48,025 nt of DNA from Cirrosporium novae-zelandiae (GCA_026023565.1 JAPETS010000026.1:434001-482025); one strand, 5' to 3'; positions 23,059 to 37,848 are shown, counted from the stretch's first letter. Numbers and translations: made by a program. The notes: generated by a model not told the origin, from the letters alone.

Positions 23059-24187
23059 CCTCGCCGACAAACATGCTTTAAAGAGTAAGATTTCAACCCC
23101 AGCTTTCAATTAATGAAACTAGCCACTAATTCTTAATTTAGCATCGAAACATTTTTGTGAAGCGTTAAGCGGGAGAGTTGGCAAATGGAGGAGCTTTGGA
23201 CATGTATGACTATACTACCGGGGAGTTTTCGTGTATGGGCATTTTTTCCTTTTGTTCTAAATTGGACTGCATAGAGCAAGCAAGGGAAAACTATGGACTA
23301 TAAATTTCTGCTTTTGATAGATTCAATTACTTCTGCGTGGATCTGTGGATTTCATTTCAATTGTCATGAAGGTGTTTTGTTATAGTGACGTTTAGCAATA
23401 AATCAGGGTTAGGTGCAGTACTCACAATGATCACCATCAAGGATCCACTATCTGGGGGTGCTTATCATTAGTAGCACAAACTTACTAAAGATCTGAATTG
23501 ATTCACAGTGCAGCCATGTAGGGTGCTGAATTTTTACTTGAAAGATGAGTAATTTTTCAGCATACCAACCAAGGCTTAGACTGAGTACCTAGGTACCCAG
23601 CATCGACGTTGCAACCACAGTCCAACAGTGCATGAACCAGCCATTAAGTATCCTGGTTTTAGCAGAGCCGCATTTTTAAGAGCCTCAAGGCAGCCCTCTT
23701 GCAAATGGATTATATAGATAATCATCCAATTGTTTTCCCATATTCATACTCGAGTAATATCGGAGAAACTTTAAATTGAAACTTCGCTAGGCTGCCTTTG
23801 CTGCCTTAGGATGAGACATTGATTAGCATGTAGTCATAACAGTTGTTCTACAGTAAATGACTGAGGAACCTATAACACTCCAACCATAATAATAATTACA
23901 ACAAGTATTGTCTACTCAAATTGGTCTTTGAAGCCAACAATTGAGAGAAAAGAGAAGAGTGTTGGATGTATCGAGGCCTTTGATACTTCTACTAGGCTAA
24001 TTCGGGTAAAGGGCGTTTACTTGCACCTTGGTGGGCAAAATCTGGCTGTAAATGGGTCACCAACGCCACCCTTCTTGCTTCTCCTCCACCAACGGTCCAA
24101 GAGTACAATACTTTTCTTCCTCCATTTCTAAGTTTCTTATTGCCCTCTTTGCCCTCTTTGCCCTCCCTGGGCACTCCAGCCCCCGAG

Positions 24188-25346
24188 ATGCCCCACACAG
24201 CCCGCCATCGTCCCAAACCGACGCCCTCCAACAAATTGCGAAATCGCATTGTGAATGACTCTGATGGGTGGACTACTGTTCTTCCTTCACGCCCACACCC
24301 CTTACACTCATCCCCACAATCCTTTCCTGACCTGAAGCCACATGATATGATACAGCCAACACCAGCTTCCACTAGAAAGGCCTTGGAAGAGTACAAGAAA
24401 CACAAATCGCGATGGCAAGCATCCGAGGTATGCAAGGTGCTTACGGAAAAATTGGAGGACATACTATGTGGAGGGAAAGGAAACATTAAGGTGAAAAATA
24501 TAGTATGTCTTGGATTGGGGAGTTTCACTGAGATGGTATGGGGTAGACCAGAAATTTGTATGTTGCAATTGGCAGCATTGGAGACGGTGGGTGAAAGTGT
24601 AGAGAAGTGGGCGCGGTGTAAGGAGGATGAGAATGGCGAAGGTATGTTTGTATTGTATATATATTTCTGTAGACAAGTAACGAGGAAATTTTTATTTGAT
24701 CCTGCCGTTCAGTCTCAATTTGCTGACCTTCACTATGTCAGATTATTTGGATTCTAAAACAGATATCCCGGCATCTGACCCCACATCAGCATCCTTATCG
24801 AACACCAACAGACCTCAAATCTATGTCCAGGATCCTAGGCTTTCACCTCAGGATATTGCCTTACTCTCGTCCCTTAACATGACAGTCCTTTCCGTCCCCA
24901 AAGCGCTTCCTCTTATTGATAAGACAACATTTCTATTCACGCCGTTTGTTGATCGACCTATACTTCTACCATGTCTTGTCTCCCCGAGTACGACGAGGTT
25001 TGAAAAAGCCGAACCGTCTCTCTCCAACCAAAACGCCAAAAGAATTACTGCCCCTAATGCTTGTGAGGGGGTATACCAAAGTGAAACCAAGGAAGATAAT
25101 TCAATCCCCAAAGATCAATCAGAAGATGAATCTACACTTGGTATCATCGCCCCACCAGCAATTCTTTGGGGCAACATGCTCAGTGACTGGCAAATATCTA
25201 TCGTAACCACAGCAACAGACCTTACAATTATAGATGGTTTCCTTGAGACGCCGGGAAGGAGGGTTTTCAAGTTGCCCGATTGTGATGGAAATATTGGCCT
25301 GGCTGTGGGAGGTCTAGGGATATACTATTTAGAAAAGGAGGCTTGA
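24188..25346 (+). CDS. SRR1-like domain protein (352 aa; exons 24188-24641, 24742-25346)
   Basis: MPHT...DSDGWTTV N-terminus; IVCLGLGSF, QLAAL, YVQDP and TFLFTPF motifs of the SRR1/Ber1 family; phase-1 intron GTATGT...GCTGAC...CAG. Confidence 0.85.
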
Positions 25347-26172
25347 AAAGTTGTGCAGAAGATTCGACTGACGTACACCTCGGACCAACCCGCATTCCCG
25401 ACTTGGTGGTATCTGCATGCTCTATATTCGGTCGCCTATTCATTGGCAAATGTTGGAAAAGCCCAAACGCCATTCCAGGAAGAATACCAACTTACCAAGG
25501 ATACTATTTATCATAAAAGTTAGAGATGTAATTAATATATGTATGTACTCGTAAGTTGGTTGTAGGAAGTGTTATAAAGTACCGGAGTAGCTGCTGTGTA
25601 TGACAGATGGTTCCCCTGACATCATTTTCGTGGTGTACTCAAGTAATTAATGCCAAGTTGTGGGATCATCGGTAAAAGGGAAGGGTTGGCAAATGCTCGT
25701 TGGCCAGAAAATGCTTACACAGACAAAGTAGCTTACACTCAGTACCTGTCCCAGTACCTATCCTATACTTACTTTACTACAACTATGGAGAAAGCCACTT
25801 CCAAGACAAAGCCCAAACCAAAAGCCACACTCCTCATCCCATCTTTCGACTTGCATACTTTCTTTCGTACATCAAGTCCCTGAAACATCATTTATCTGGA
25901 TTCTTAAATTTTTGACCATATACCGCTCTCCATCCCATCGCTAAATATTGCGCTGTACTGCCATCTCTATGCTACCAGTCGCGAGTGAAAGCTAGCCGGA
26001 GCTGGCATCTCCGTCTTTCTGCTCTGCATCATCGCCAGACTGCCAAACTCGTCCTCGTTGAAACCTACCAACCCATCTACTGAGCTTGACCCTTTCTCTG
26101 ACAATATTTATCTTTTGTCAGGGTATCTAGGGTCACGCCTCTTGGGAGCTCATCGTTGAAGAAGAAGGGAAA

Positions 26173-29100
26173 ATGTTTCATCGAAGGAGATCGCATTCCA
26201 ATCCTGTTAGTGAACTTTGGGCCCTTTTTCGCAAATGACACAACCTCACATGCATTGAATGCGCCTCAATATCCAACGTTGATTTACTACTGTAAAATGC
26301 CCTATAGAACTAACATAAAGATATATGTTTTTAGCCCTATCAAATTATAAACCCATCTCCCGCCGCCGCAACTGCCGCAGCTCAAGCTTTCCTCGCGAAT
26401 CGAGCCTCCAATGCCAGTCTTTCTGCAGCCGCCGCAGCGGCAGCCCTTCGAACCCATACACCTTCACCTACCCCCGTTGGGAATGTTCAGACAAAGCGCA
26501 TGGTCCAACGCCGGACCTCTAATGCATCCAATGGTTCTGGCAATGCTGGAGGACGAGGTGGTTTACGAAGAACGGGCAGCAATGGGTCGATGACAGAGCG
26601 GACATTTCGAGATTCTCCTACTGGCAACCGTTCGAACAATGCTCCTCCTGTACCATCAGTGCCCGAAAGATATGCGTCACCACCACCTGCAACTCACAAG
26701 TCTCACCGAAGAGCAGCGAGCGCGGGACCACCAGCCAGGATAAACTCCCCCAAAGGCAAACAAGGTGGGCGAGGATTCAGTCTGGATAGAGATCCCTCTG
26801 GTAAGACCACTAAACCACCTGCGCAACGGGTCGAGAGTCCAACGAATGGCCAAATGCCAGAACGCTCAAATAGCAGAAATTCTATTAATTTCTCCTATCC
26901 TACGCAGACCTGGAACTCACCTCCTGCATCGCCGGTTGAACCGGAAATGTCATCAATAAAAGAAGAGCAATCAGTCCAGGCGTCATCTGCTGAACCTCAA
27001 CCGTCAAGTAGTACTCAACAGCATAAAATAGTGGACCCAGAACTGCTGCTGCACAGCACCGCAAACAAACATGTGGGAAAAAAGAAAAGGGCTTCAGCTC
27101 CAGGAGCTTCAGAAGGGAGTCATTTAAGATCTGGATCCACAGGTGGCAGGCCTAAAGGGACGGCTGTCCCGCAGACCTCGGAATCGGAGCAATATCAGAC
27201 GTATGAACAAGACAGCCTCCCCGCATCTACACAATCTGCGTCGCACTCCACAAGAAAACAGAAAAGGCTCGAAACAAGTGAAGGAACATCCCACCCACGA
27301 GTAGACACAAGGCTGGTTTCATACACAGATTTGAATACTTCCGATCAAAGCAGAGCCTTCAGCCCGCGAGTAGCTGGTGTTTTATCAAAACAGCCGTCTG
27401 TTGTTCGTGAAGATATTGAAGCAGAGGAACTTGCAGAAAGAGACGACGAACAGATGAATGATGGTCCGTACCCCAAATCTCCAAGGAGCAAAGACAATGC
27501 TAAACATGCTCCTATAGTGTTATCGAACCCTCCTGCCGACCCAAGCCGGAAAGCTAGGTCCACAAGCCCTCCAACTAAAAGTGTTACAGGTTCTCTTACC
27601 AAACTCTCTACTCAAGGGGTTTCACATGGACTCGTCCCTACCCAACCTACGGACAGCCAAAGCAGCAAACGACCGTCATCCTTAAGCCCTAGCAGATCTG
27701 CTCATTTCTCCACCCACCCAACCATCGCGGGTTTAGACGAACCAAAACATGAGCCACCCTCTCGCTCCGTGTCTCCTGCGAAACCAGCTTTAAAGCATAG
27801 TCCCTCTTTGAAAGCATCTACGCCGGATCGCTTAGCTCCGGTATTTGCTCATATGACTGCCGACTTGTCAGATGCAGCATCCAGCGCCTCAGAGGATGGT
27901 GTCAGGACGAGGCCCAAGAAGAAGAAGAGCGTGAGAGTGAGCTTTGAGGAAGAACCAGTCATTGTTGGATCCGGTGCAAGTCCACCGATGAGCCCTGATT
28001 CACCTGTCATTCAGAGTCCACAATACAGACACGGTGGGAAACCTGACTTCCATGCTCAACTACCCGCAAAGAAAATTTCTGATGTTCCAACCGAGGAAGT
28101 GGATTATAGCTTTGAAAAGATGGTGCCTGTCCCTGTGCTACCTTCTTTTGGCAGTATTCGGGAGAGGCGGCCTCAAGAGGCACCCGAAAGCCATGTAAAA
28201 AACGAAACAAATGGTCTGCCGCCTAAAAAATGGCTACCATCATCCCAACGGCATTATCCTGAAGAGCTGCATGCTTCTAGCGATACTGCTATTGGCAATT
28301 TAATAGCAAGCCATTACATGAATAAGAATACAGCAACCCAGACGGACCGCCCTATCCAACCTGATTCCAATAGACCCTTGCCTCCGACGGTAACCTCTGT
28401 GGAGGGCAGTGGGTTTGACTCGGGGTCGGACACTTCTTCCGACAGCGAAGACGATATGGGTCAATTCGCAAATGCACAGGATTCTACTACTGCTCTTGGG
28501 CAGTACGCAGGAACCCCTAAACCGGCTAGTCAGCCAGAGACAGAGCACCTAAACGCTGCTGTCCCTGTCATAGCAATTCAACCTGCATCACCTGCACCAG
28601 GGGAGTTTGCTGATAGAGGCGAATGGCCAACAATTCCCGGAAGGTTTCCTTCGCCGAACGAGGCTCTAGAATCGAGATATGAAACTAGTGGTGATTACAT
28701 GAATCAGCAAGTCATGGATTCCACGCCTGCATCTATGGGATTGGCTGAACCAGGCCCGAGAGAGCCCTTGGTCAGTTATAGCCACTCAAAACCCCAAACG
28801 GAACCACAGGACATGTCCGACGACTCCGATAGCGGTGAAAGCATCTACAGCGATGCTGCCGAAGACCCTTCTGAGCTTGTGGAGATGGATTACGGATCTA
28901 TTGATGCAGTTGTCGAGAGCCCAGCCCCAAGTTCAACAACGGCAATAAGCACGCCACCTGAGAGTCCATCTGCTCAAACAACAGCTTCCAAGCCCTCCCG
29001 ACAGTTTCATTTCTCGCAGGCTAGCGCAGACATGCCCGAACCAGAAACAGTGACCGGACGGGCCAAATTTCAGAGTACTCTACGGGACCAAAGAACGATG

Positions 29101-30579
29101 CAAAATCAGCAAACGGTTCAACAGAATCCAGAATTGAAATTGGACAGAGAAAGGCCTGCTGCGCAGCGTATTCCCCGGGATCAGGCCCCTCTTCCACCGT
29201 GGCCAGATAGGCAGTACAGAGAGAGCGCGTTAAATCACGACTCCCAAAAAACATCTAAAGTTCATAAGCAACATCAAGCTACCCAGCCTGATGGTGGAGA
29301 AGGGTCCCACTTTCGTGAATCCAAACAAAATGGCGATGCTAGGAAACAAAACCGCCAAGCGGCCAAGACTTCAATGAGGGTTTCAATGCGTCCAAACTCC
29401 TTCCAGCCTATGCCGACTCTTGCAGTGGTCCCAGAACCCAAAGGCATCCTTCATAAGAAGAATCGACCACGTTCTATGGATGCACAAATTGGACCTAATG
29501 TACCAGCAAGTCCGCTCCATACTCGCCATACCTCCACGAGTGGGGATGCATCGAGGAATACCCAATCTACAACTAAGCCTATGAAACGGGGCGCTGCTGT
29601 AGCTCCCAGTCTACAAAGGGTGCCTTCTGATGCTTCTGAAAGCAGTTTCAGAAGGCAAAGGGTCTCGTCTCGGCAAGATGGTAGAATTTCGATGAGAAGG
29701 ACTATGCGCGGTGGTTCGATCGATGACCGCCCCGTACCACCCCCTCTAGAATCTTCCCGTGCCCGTTCAGCTTCTCCCGCTGATTCCATGTCTCGGAGGA
29801 CCTTCCGTTCTAATGGATCTACTCTACGAACATCAATGCGATCATCATCTGTGGATAGGACACCAAGTTCTGGAACTCGGTTTTCTGGGTTTGGAAAGAA
29901 AACAAAACCAAAAGCAGCTAGATATAATGCCAAAGCACAGTCCAGCCGCTTCGGCGATTCAAGCGATGAGGATGAGGCTCCTGAGAAATTCCAGAGTCGT
30001 TTTCAGGATTCCAGTGATGAGGAGAACCTAGCGCCGGTGCGTGGTATCCCTCGCACTCATGATGAAGGGGACTCGACGGATTTGGACGACAGTTCCGATG
30101 AAGAAACTGCCATCAACCAGTCAAGAGAGCTTCCTGTGCCATCCACGAATGGTGTTCTTGTCCATGAACCGGGCGTTGATGCTAGCAAATATGATGCAAT
30201 CGTGCCCACTGAGAAGAAGAAACGTTCCATATTTGGGAATTTTGGTCGTCGGAAGGATAAGGTTAAAAATACAGATTTAAACAATACGGTTAGACCCCTT
30301 GAACGATCTAGCAGCCCCAAATTACACCGACGCAACGGTCCTAAGAAATATGGCAGTGACAGTTGGCCATTGCCACCACCACAGAACATGGCCATAAATG
30401 ACGACCAAAAACCTGTGATCTCTGACGGGCCTGACAATGGCCTCACAAGACCTGAATTGGGGCCCAAAACACAGTCGATAGAAGACGTAGTCTTCGGTAA
30501 TGATACGGCAGTTGGTTCGAAGACAGGCAAGAAGAAAAGGTTTCCAATGCTAAGGAAGGCGCTTGGGTTGAGTGATTAA
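26173..30579 (+). CDS. Large disordered Ser/Pro-rich protein, putative Seg1-like eisosome/cortical scaffold (1425 aa; exons 26173-26205, 26335-30579)
   Basis: Exon 1 MFHRRRSHSNP; intron GTTAGT...ACTAAC...TAG; then AAATAAAQAFLA...LSAAAAAAALR...VQTKRM in frame with the 1359-aa ORF. Short motifs KKSVRVSF and SIYSDA; basic amphipathic C-terminus GKKKRFPMLRKALGL. The CDS is secure; the Seg1-like label is inference. Confidence 0.85.
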
Positions 30580-32288
30580 GTGTGGTCAGATATTCAGGTT
30601 TTTTTTTGGTGTTTTGTCGCTCCTTGCAGAGATGATTTATTATTACACATACCCCCATTGGCGTTGACACAAGGGAGCGGATGCTTCCGCTTTGATCAAA
30701 CATTTTCTTTTGTTTCTCTTTCTCTTTTGGATGGCATGTACAAAATGACGATCTTGCCGAGTTATGTCCTGTAATGAAGATTCTTGGGCCACGGGTTCTT
30801 CTCGGGCCGAATTGGTAATGGTGGGAGGCAAATCATGTAGGGTTATAAGGTGATGGAATACATGGCGGATTTACAAAGCAGCAATAATCAATAGTCAGTC
30901 TAGTTAGTAGTTTTTGGTCAATGAAGGTGGTTGAGGCCAGCTCAAGAAGGAATCCCAAGAGCCGTGAAAGGGCCTTTGTGGGACCAAATGCAATGTATAA
31001 ACTGAGAATCAGGCCGAACTAATTATCCTATTGATGGTAATTATTTGTGGGTAGTCGTCAGGGACAGGGCATGGATGAGGCACGATGACAAAACATGGCA
31101 GGTCTCCAGAGAACTGCAGGTTTGATGTTGGGCAGCGGAAAGGGTTCATGGCATCTGGCAGATGGCATACGGCGGATGGTGGGATTAGCATGGCTGTTGT
31201 GGAGGATAAAAACAATTTTCAGCCAAGGGGGGTTTCGGTGGGATATTACTTTGCTGCCCGACAGTTGATAGTGGAAGCCATCATTCCACTGGAAGGTAAC
31301 AAAGCTCCGAATGAAGGAATTTGAATGATTTAGGGTTTGGATGGGGTGTGAATCAAGAGAAGATTTACATGGCTATGCTTGCTTATTAAGGAAGAAAAGT
31401 CTAGTCCCCGACAGCAGCCATACCAGAATAAATAATTTGCCAGTAACTAATTAATGAAATAAATTAGAAGAAGAGAAAAGCAGAGCTATTCAGCTGTATA
31501 GTTGGGCCATGAGTCCTAATATTCCCACTACTCCTAGTATTCCTATTTTGCTGCGAAGATTTTCTTTACCTATCGTTCAAGCCCAAAGACTATCTGAAAC
31601 ACTAATAAGATTTTGGGTACCTAAGGCGCCAGTGACGCACCTATTTCTTTTCTCTTCTTACCGCAAATAATACGCAGGTAAGTTAAATCGTAGGGCCAAA
31701 AAAACATACTCGAGTTAGAGGACTGCCCCACGTCGTCGCCTTGCCTCTGTCTGTCTTATTAGAACCATCTTTTTTTTTTTTTGACCAACTGTCAGCGCTG
31801 CAGTCCACTCACCCACCCCCTCCCCCTCTATGCACTTGTCAATAGACTACCCTTTCCATTTCTTGCGACAACTTCTTGGGACTCTGAACATTTCCTCAAG
31901 GTGAGTCTATCTACTCTCTTTTTGGCATTCTCAGCTCCACTGCAACACCCCCACCCCCCCCCCCCCCCAAAGCGCCCCGTTTATTACTCCCTCGCCCATT
32001 AGGCTGGTTGAAATCTATTTATTTTGCAAACTTGTTCCTTGAGTTCAAGTCTTTTCAGGCTGCCTTGGTTCATTTGACACATATAAATACTAACCATCTC
32101 TACTTTCAGCAAGTTGACCGGGATTATTCAAGCCCTTGTTTTGATCCGGAACATGCCCGTCTGATCTACGTTCGAGGTCGATCATCATCACCATTATCGT
32201 CAAATCTTCCGAACGCCTCCCCGCTTTTCTAAGGCTATTTTTGAACAGTTCTACAATTTTATATTTCTCAAATTCACCTCACCCGACA

Positions 32289-34691
32289 ATGGAACCGAGA
32301 ATGGGTCGCCGACCAGCTTCGCCTGGCGGCCGACGTCTCGACCAAACCGGACGAGCTTCGACAGGAACTTTAGTTTCGGTCTATAGTTCCACCTATGATC
32401 CGATATTCCAGGTCGCTAGGAACCCTAATACCATCCCAACTTCCCCTCGAGCAAGTGGGGATCGGATTGTTGAGCCAAGATTGGCACCAGCCGCTAGACC
32501 ACATGCACAGTACAGTCCTCCCTTGGGTCAAGGAAGCGGTGCTGATTATGTTGTCCGACCTCGGCGACGCACTCTAGACGTGGAAGATCCTCGAAGGCCA
32601 GTAAGCATGATTGCAGGAACTTCTACATCAACCTCTCGGAGACCAGTTCTTCACGGAGCCACCGCTGGGGACCGCCCGAGGAGCCCAATGCCAAAGGCAT
32701 ATAATGCTGGATATGATAGCGATTATTATGTGACCCCAGCTTCGTCTGGCCACCAAAGGGTCTACAGCTCGGGGGAAGATAACCTTGATGTTATGAATAC
32801 AGGTGGAGACAGGAGAAATACCCTTGATCCTCGACAGGCCTACCCGAGGAACTCTGGCTACGGCGGCACGACAACATATCCTTATAGAAGTCGGCAGCCC
32901 CTACATCGAGAGCCAAAGGAATACGACGACTATTCATATACGGGTCCTGGAGAACAAGTCACTCGAGATCTAGACTACACCAGACCACGAAGCCGAGCAG
33001 ATAGTCTATCTCGCGGTGCCAGAAGAGAACGACCACTAAGTATGATGGGCTACGAAGATTACGTGACTGCTTCTGCGTCTCAAAGTAGGAGGGATCTCGG
33101 CCCCCCACCTTCGACACGTGGCTTCGATAAGATTGGTCGCTCCGACAGCTTACGTCAATCATCTCGATATGGTCCTGATTATTCTGGTGGACGTGATTAT
33201 GTGCCACGTGGTCGAGAAGACCAGGCCTATGATGCTCCTCCAAAAACTCGGAAGAGAAGCACATCAAGAAGGCCCGTTTCTCTCTATCAGCCAGATCGAA
33301 GTGGTTCATACGATTCATACACTGAGGACTACGAAGAAGCTCGGCGCCGAAACGGAAGGCGCAAGGATTCCTACAACGAGCCTTATGATGTGCGGGATGA
33401 AAGAAGATATGATAGAAATGATAGAAATGATAGGAATCGTGATCGAAGCGGCTCTCTTCAAACAGCGGCAGCAGCAGTAGGTCTCGGGTTTGCAGCAGCA
33501 AAAGAATTGAGGAACAAAGACCAAAGACGAGAATATTCCGACGAAGAGACTTATGCCCGAAGTGATCGTCGAGATGACCGCCGCGATAGAAGACCGCCCG
33601 ACGATAGAGAATATGACGAGGATGGAAGGAGGGAGCGCGAACGTCCTAGAGATCATAGGGATCTAGTGAGAGCGCTGGTAGACGAAGAGGATCGCGAACC
33701 GCAACGAAGACGAAATCCAGCCGAACGAGACGACATAGATTATGCAGAAGATTCGTCTGGCGGAGATACACGCGAAAGGGGCCATCACTGGCGGAGGCAT
33801 CGAGAACATGAAGCTTCTGACAAGGATCGAGATGATAAAGAGCGAAAACGCGACGTGGAAGATCGCACCAAGTCTAGCAAGGACAATCAGCAGAGTGACG
33901 CAAGCCTTGATGATGACGGTGGCAAACGAGAACGTCGCCGTCGTCGGGAGAGTGTAGTGGAACCCAAAGATTCTGATGAACGTCGCGAAGGATCCGGCGA
34001 TCGATCAAATCAACCTGGGGCGAAATCACCTACTACCAAAGAACTAGACCAACCTCTCAAGGGGATCCTCAAAGCTCCCACGCAGAAATTTCCAGAGGAC
34101 CCAAACGCCATAAGGGAAGGGGTTGCTCCCCTGAAAGATGCGGGAAAGAAGGGGATCCCACCAAATGCACGCTGGACCAAGATTGATCGGAGGCTCGTGA
34201 ACCCCGAGGCTCTTGACGAGGGCCACGAACGATATGAAGAGCGGCCAGACTATGTCATTGTCCTTCGAGTATTGACAAAAGATGAGATCCAGAAATATGC
34301 AGACAAGACTCAAGAAATACGAGGTATGTCTTATGCTTACTCTTGAATATATGTCAGAGTCCTACTAACATCCGTAAAAGACGCCCGGGAAGCCGAGTGG
34401 CGCAATGCCGAGCGCAAAGACAAACACCGCCGACGAGCAGGAGGGGGAGACGGCCATGACAGTAGCGATCGGGACAGAGAGCTGAGGCAACTTGAACGGG
34501 AGCTTCGATCCCACGAGGAGACGCTTTCGATTGAGGCTCCACCCGGGCATGGCAACGGAGGGCATCAGGAGGTCCCGCGACGGCTGGATGCAGAAGCTGA
34601 TGACCTGAAAAACCGGGAAGGACCAGATGACCCAACCTTAGTGAGCGGGTATCGACCGCGCGGACCGCCTCTGAGCTCCGCCCGTCAATAA
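32289..34691 (+). CDS. Arg/Asp/Glu-rich disordered protein with conserved C-terminal domain (DUF8035-like); exons 32289-34323, 34381-34691
   Basis: Long ORF from ATG 32289. Conserved block KGILKAPTQKFPEDPNAIREGVAPLKDA...WTKIDRRLVNPEAL...YEERPDYVIVLRVLTKDEIQKYA. Phase-1 intron GTATGT...CTAAC...AAG; TAA 34689-34691. Probable 5' UTR intron 31901-32109. Confidence 0.88.
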
Positions 34692-37600
34692 AAAGAGCTG
34701 GGGCAAAGTTTGGATTCGTGTGTCTGCTTGGATGATGGCTTGAAGAAATGAGGAGTCGGGAGCAGGCTGGTCAGTAAGGAGCTGCAGATTCATGTCAATG
34801 TAGGAAGAAATTGGGTCGATCACGTGTAACATATCATTCTCAAGCTGGTGGGACAGAAAACCCAAGAGTGTTCGATGATAGCTGCACTGTACTGTACCAT
34901 TCCCACGGAAAGCGGGTGCATTTCTCTATTCATGGCTTAGACGAAGATTGGTAATGTTGAGGACCCACCGACAATTTATGATCCCTTTAGAGATTGGGGG
35001 AGTGAGTATGGAGGATAACTGCTGCTCGTTTAAGTGAAGACAACCCCAATGGCCACGAGGAAGTAAAGAAGCCGTGGAGATAGAAATCCCATATGTAGAA
35101 ATGCCAAGACATGATTTAGGAACTACAGCGGAAGCCAAAGGGCTGGACTTGAAACAGATGCAAGTGACATCTGCAGAGAGCCTCGAGAGAGGTTACCGTG
35201 GTGTCGAGAAAGTGGTCCTCTTTGGACCAATACTGAGTCATTATGGAAGGGATGGAGGATTATGGAGCACGATCACGAGCATAGATTTGTTTTTGTTTTT
35301 TGTTTTTTTTTTCCCTTTCTGTCGGGTTTTTAATAATCAATAATTATTTTCATGTATGAAGAATATTTTTTTATTTACCAAGGCTGAAAAAGAGAAGGTG
35401 TTGGAACGAAAAGTGATGTACGTGGTTGTATCTGACTTAGGCTACTAATCAGCAACGGAGAAAGTTGCTTTTTTTTCTTTCTTTTTCTTTTTTTCCCACT
35501 ATGGAATTTGGGAGGATGAGATGAGTCGGTGGTTGGCCACGTCAGCTAATGCAATAATAGACGCTGTTAAATGTCTCAGTGATGCTTTTTTCTGTGTGCT
35601 TGATGGCTGGTGGATTGCTGCTTTGGTGGACATTTTTTTGGTGGATTGCTAACTTCCCAAGCTGATGGTGGCATTGAGGAAGGTCAAGTCTTGCCCAAGT
35701 TGCCAAAAGGTCCCCCCCCCCCCCTCTCCCAAAGGTATCCCCAAAGTTCCAATGACTGTTGTGGGGATGAATGGATGATGGCTTTCTCCAATGATGAATT
35801 GATTTGATCGGAATACGCAGAAATACTTAGAATACCTCGGTATGGTCGGCCATTTCGGCATATCAAGAGTCTACTAAGCCATCACAGAACCAATGACTCC
35901 TCCTGAGTATCCAAAAGGAGTAAATGCAGTATCAACTTTGGGCAATTACCGACACGCCTTGGAAGCAACTTGGTTTTCTTAGTACATTCAACAAACACCC
36001 AAACAACCTCGAGGAGAAGGAGGGGAGAGAGAGGGGGGGGGGTGCCCTTTGACCTGATCATCTCTTTCTCGTCCAACGTCGGATAGATACATAGTTAATA
36101 GAAGAGAGAGATGCCTGTTAGCCTGCAGATTGCATTAACATCTTATGATCTTTATTTTTTGCTTTGTTTTTTGTGCTGTTTCTTTTCTTTTTTTGTAATC
36201 AAGAGAAAAGGTATTTTCAAAAACAAAACAAAAAGGATGATGCATATTATGATAATGGAGAAGAGTTATTAATTTAATGGCTTTCGAGTCGCATTGCCTA
36301 TCAAGGGTAATTTTTTCTTCTTTGTTGACATTTCGACGAGAGGAGGGTGACAGTGAGCCCATTGATCTAAGCTAAGCCAACTTTAGTTCAAATCATTGTC
36401 CACCCGCAAGTTTTCTGCATCCAATTCATCCAATGCTTTCAATGGATTCCACAAATGTATCCACTGCATCTACTGCATCTAGAGCATTGCCATCCCCCCT
36501 CCCACCTCCCCCCCTAGTCTCTCCTTGTGGTCACCGTGCCATCCTCGCTTCCATCCAAGGTTGGCACAAGCCGTCTTCGGGCCAACTCGCGGCGACTTGC
36601 AAGGACCGGACTGTTTCGAGTTTTCGGATCCATCATCGTCTGGCGCTTATGCAAGGCCGTTTACTCTTTCTGACATCTGCCAGACCTTGGGAGCCATGGA
36701 CTTCCGGGGCAGTGTGCCTGGATGCTTGAAGAATTACTGTATTATGGTGTATGGCCCTTGAGATCTTCACGAACAAGTCTAGCTTCTCTGGAGACGGCGC
36801 AGAGGAGTTGACTGGATGACTTTTTGCTGACAACCTTTTGATGGTGCAGACAAAAGTGATCAAACTGCGACAAGCAAAAAAGTCAATGGGACGGTTTAGA
36901 AATGCAATTTGGCTCTAACAGCGGGGTCATTATTGCTTTTCTCATGTCAAACGTCAAACTCGAAGTTTCGCTATTTACAGATTTGACATGCAGGCGTTGT
37001 CGAGGGCATATCCACAGTAGCAAACAACAGGGCTCCTAGGTCAGATCGTAATTCCCGCATCCTTCCCCGGCCAGCCCTACGAGAAAAGCATCGTCAAAAG
37101 TCCCGACATGGACAAGGCCCCCCTAACCTCCTGCCGGATGCCAGATTGTTGTTTAACTTGACCTCCAAATTATTGCAACGGCACCATAATCATCTACTTG
37201 GGAGGGAAATTTGGTCTCTCTGGGTCACGCTATACTTTTCAGCCCTAGACTCGAAACGGATTTGCCATAGACTTGATGGGAAACAAAGATATCAATAATT
37301 TAGAAGCGAGGTCATCCTTCCTGCAAGCCACTGCTGGTGGTGAATAAAAAAGCAGTAGATAAATTTCCGCATTGCAGCAACAGCAAGTTTCATCATCTTT
37401 AGCGTAGAGTTTTCTTTCCGAAATCTTCCCTGGAAGGTTGAAGAGATCGGAGATATTTTTGATTCAGGAACAAGTTGAAGGTTTTTTTTTTTTTTTTTTT
37501 TTTTTGCTGCACGGCAAAGGGGGATGCCAAGGCGGGAGGAAATCAGACAGAACAATCAGGATTAGATGTGGGCTGGAAAGAAAAAAAAAACAAAAAAAAG

Positions 37601-37848
37601 GGCATCAAGTGTTCCAAGCACCAAGGAGAAAGTACTCGAGTAAGAGAGCATTTACTGTTGGGGTTGTTTGTGAGATTTGATTCTAAGTTCGCTACAATGG
37701 AGATTTGCCGGAGGTGTAAGTGTCTGATTGGTCGATTGTGTGTCATCAATGCCGAGGATCATCATCTCAATCACACTGCGGCATTTGTTGACAATTGTTA
37801 AAAGTAGAAGTAATTTCAAAAGTAATTAGGGTTCTTAATACGAGTGAG

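Noticed and set aside
35074..35343. 89-aa ORF downstream of the DUF8035-like gene
   Set aside because: GTG start, ends in a poly-T tract; most likely 3' UTR.
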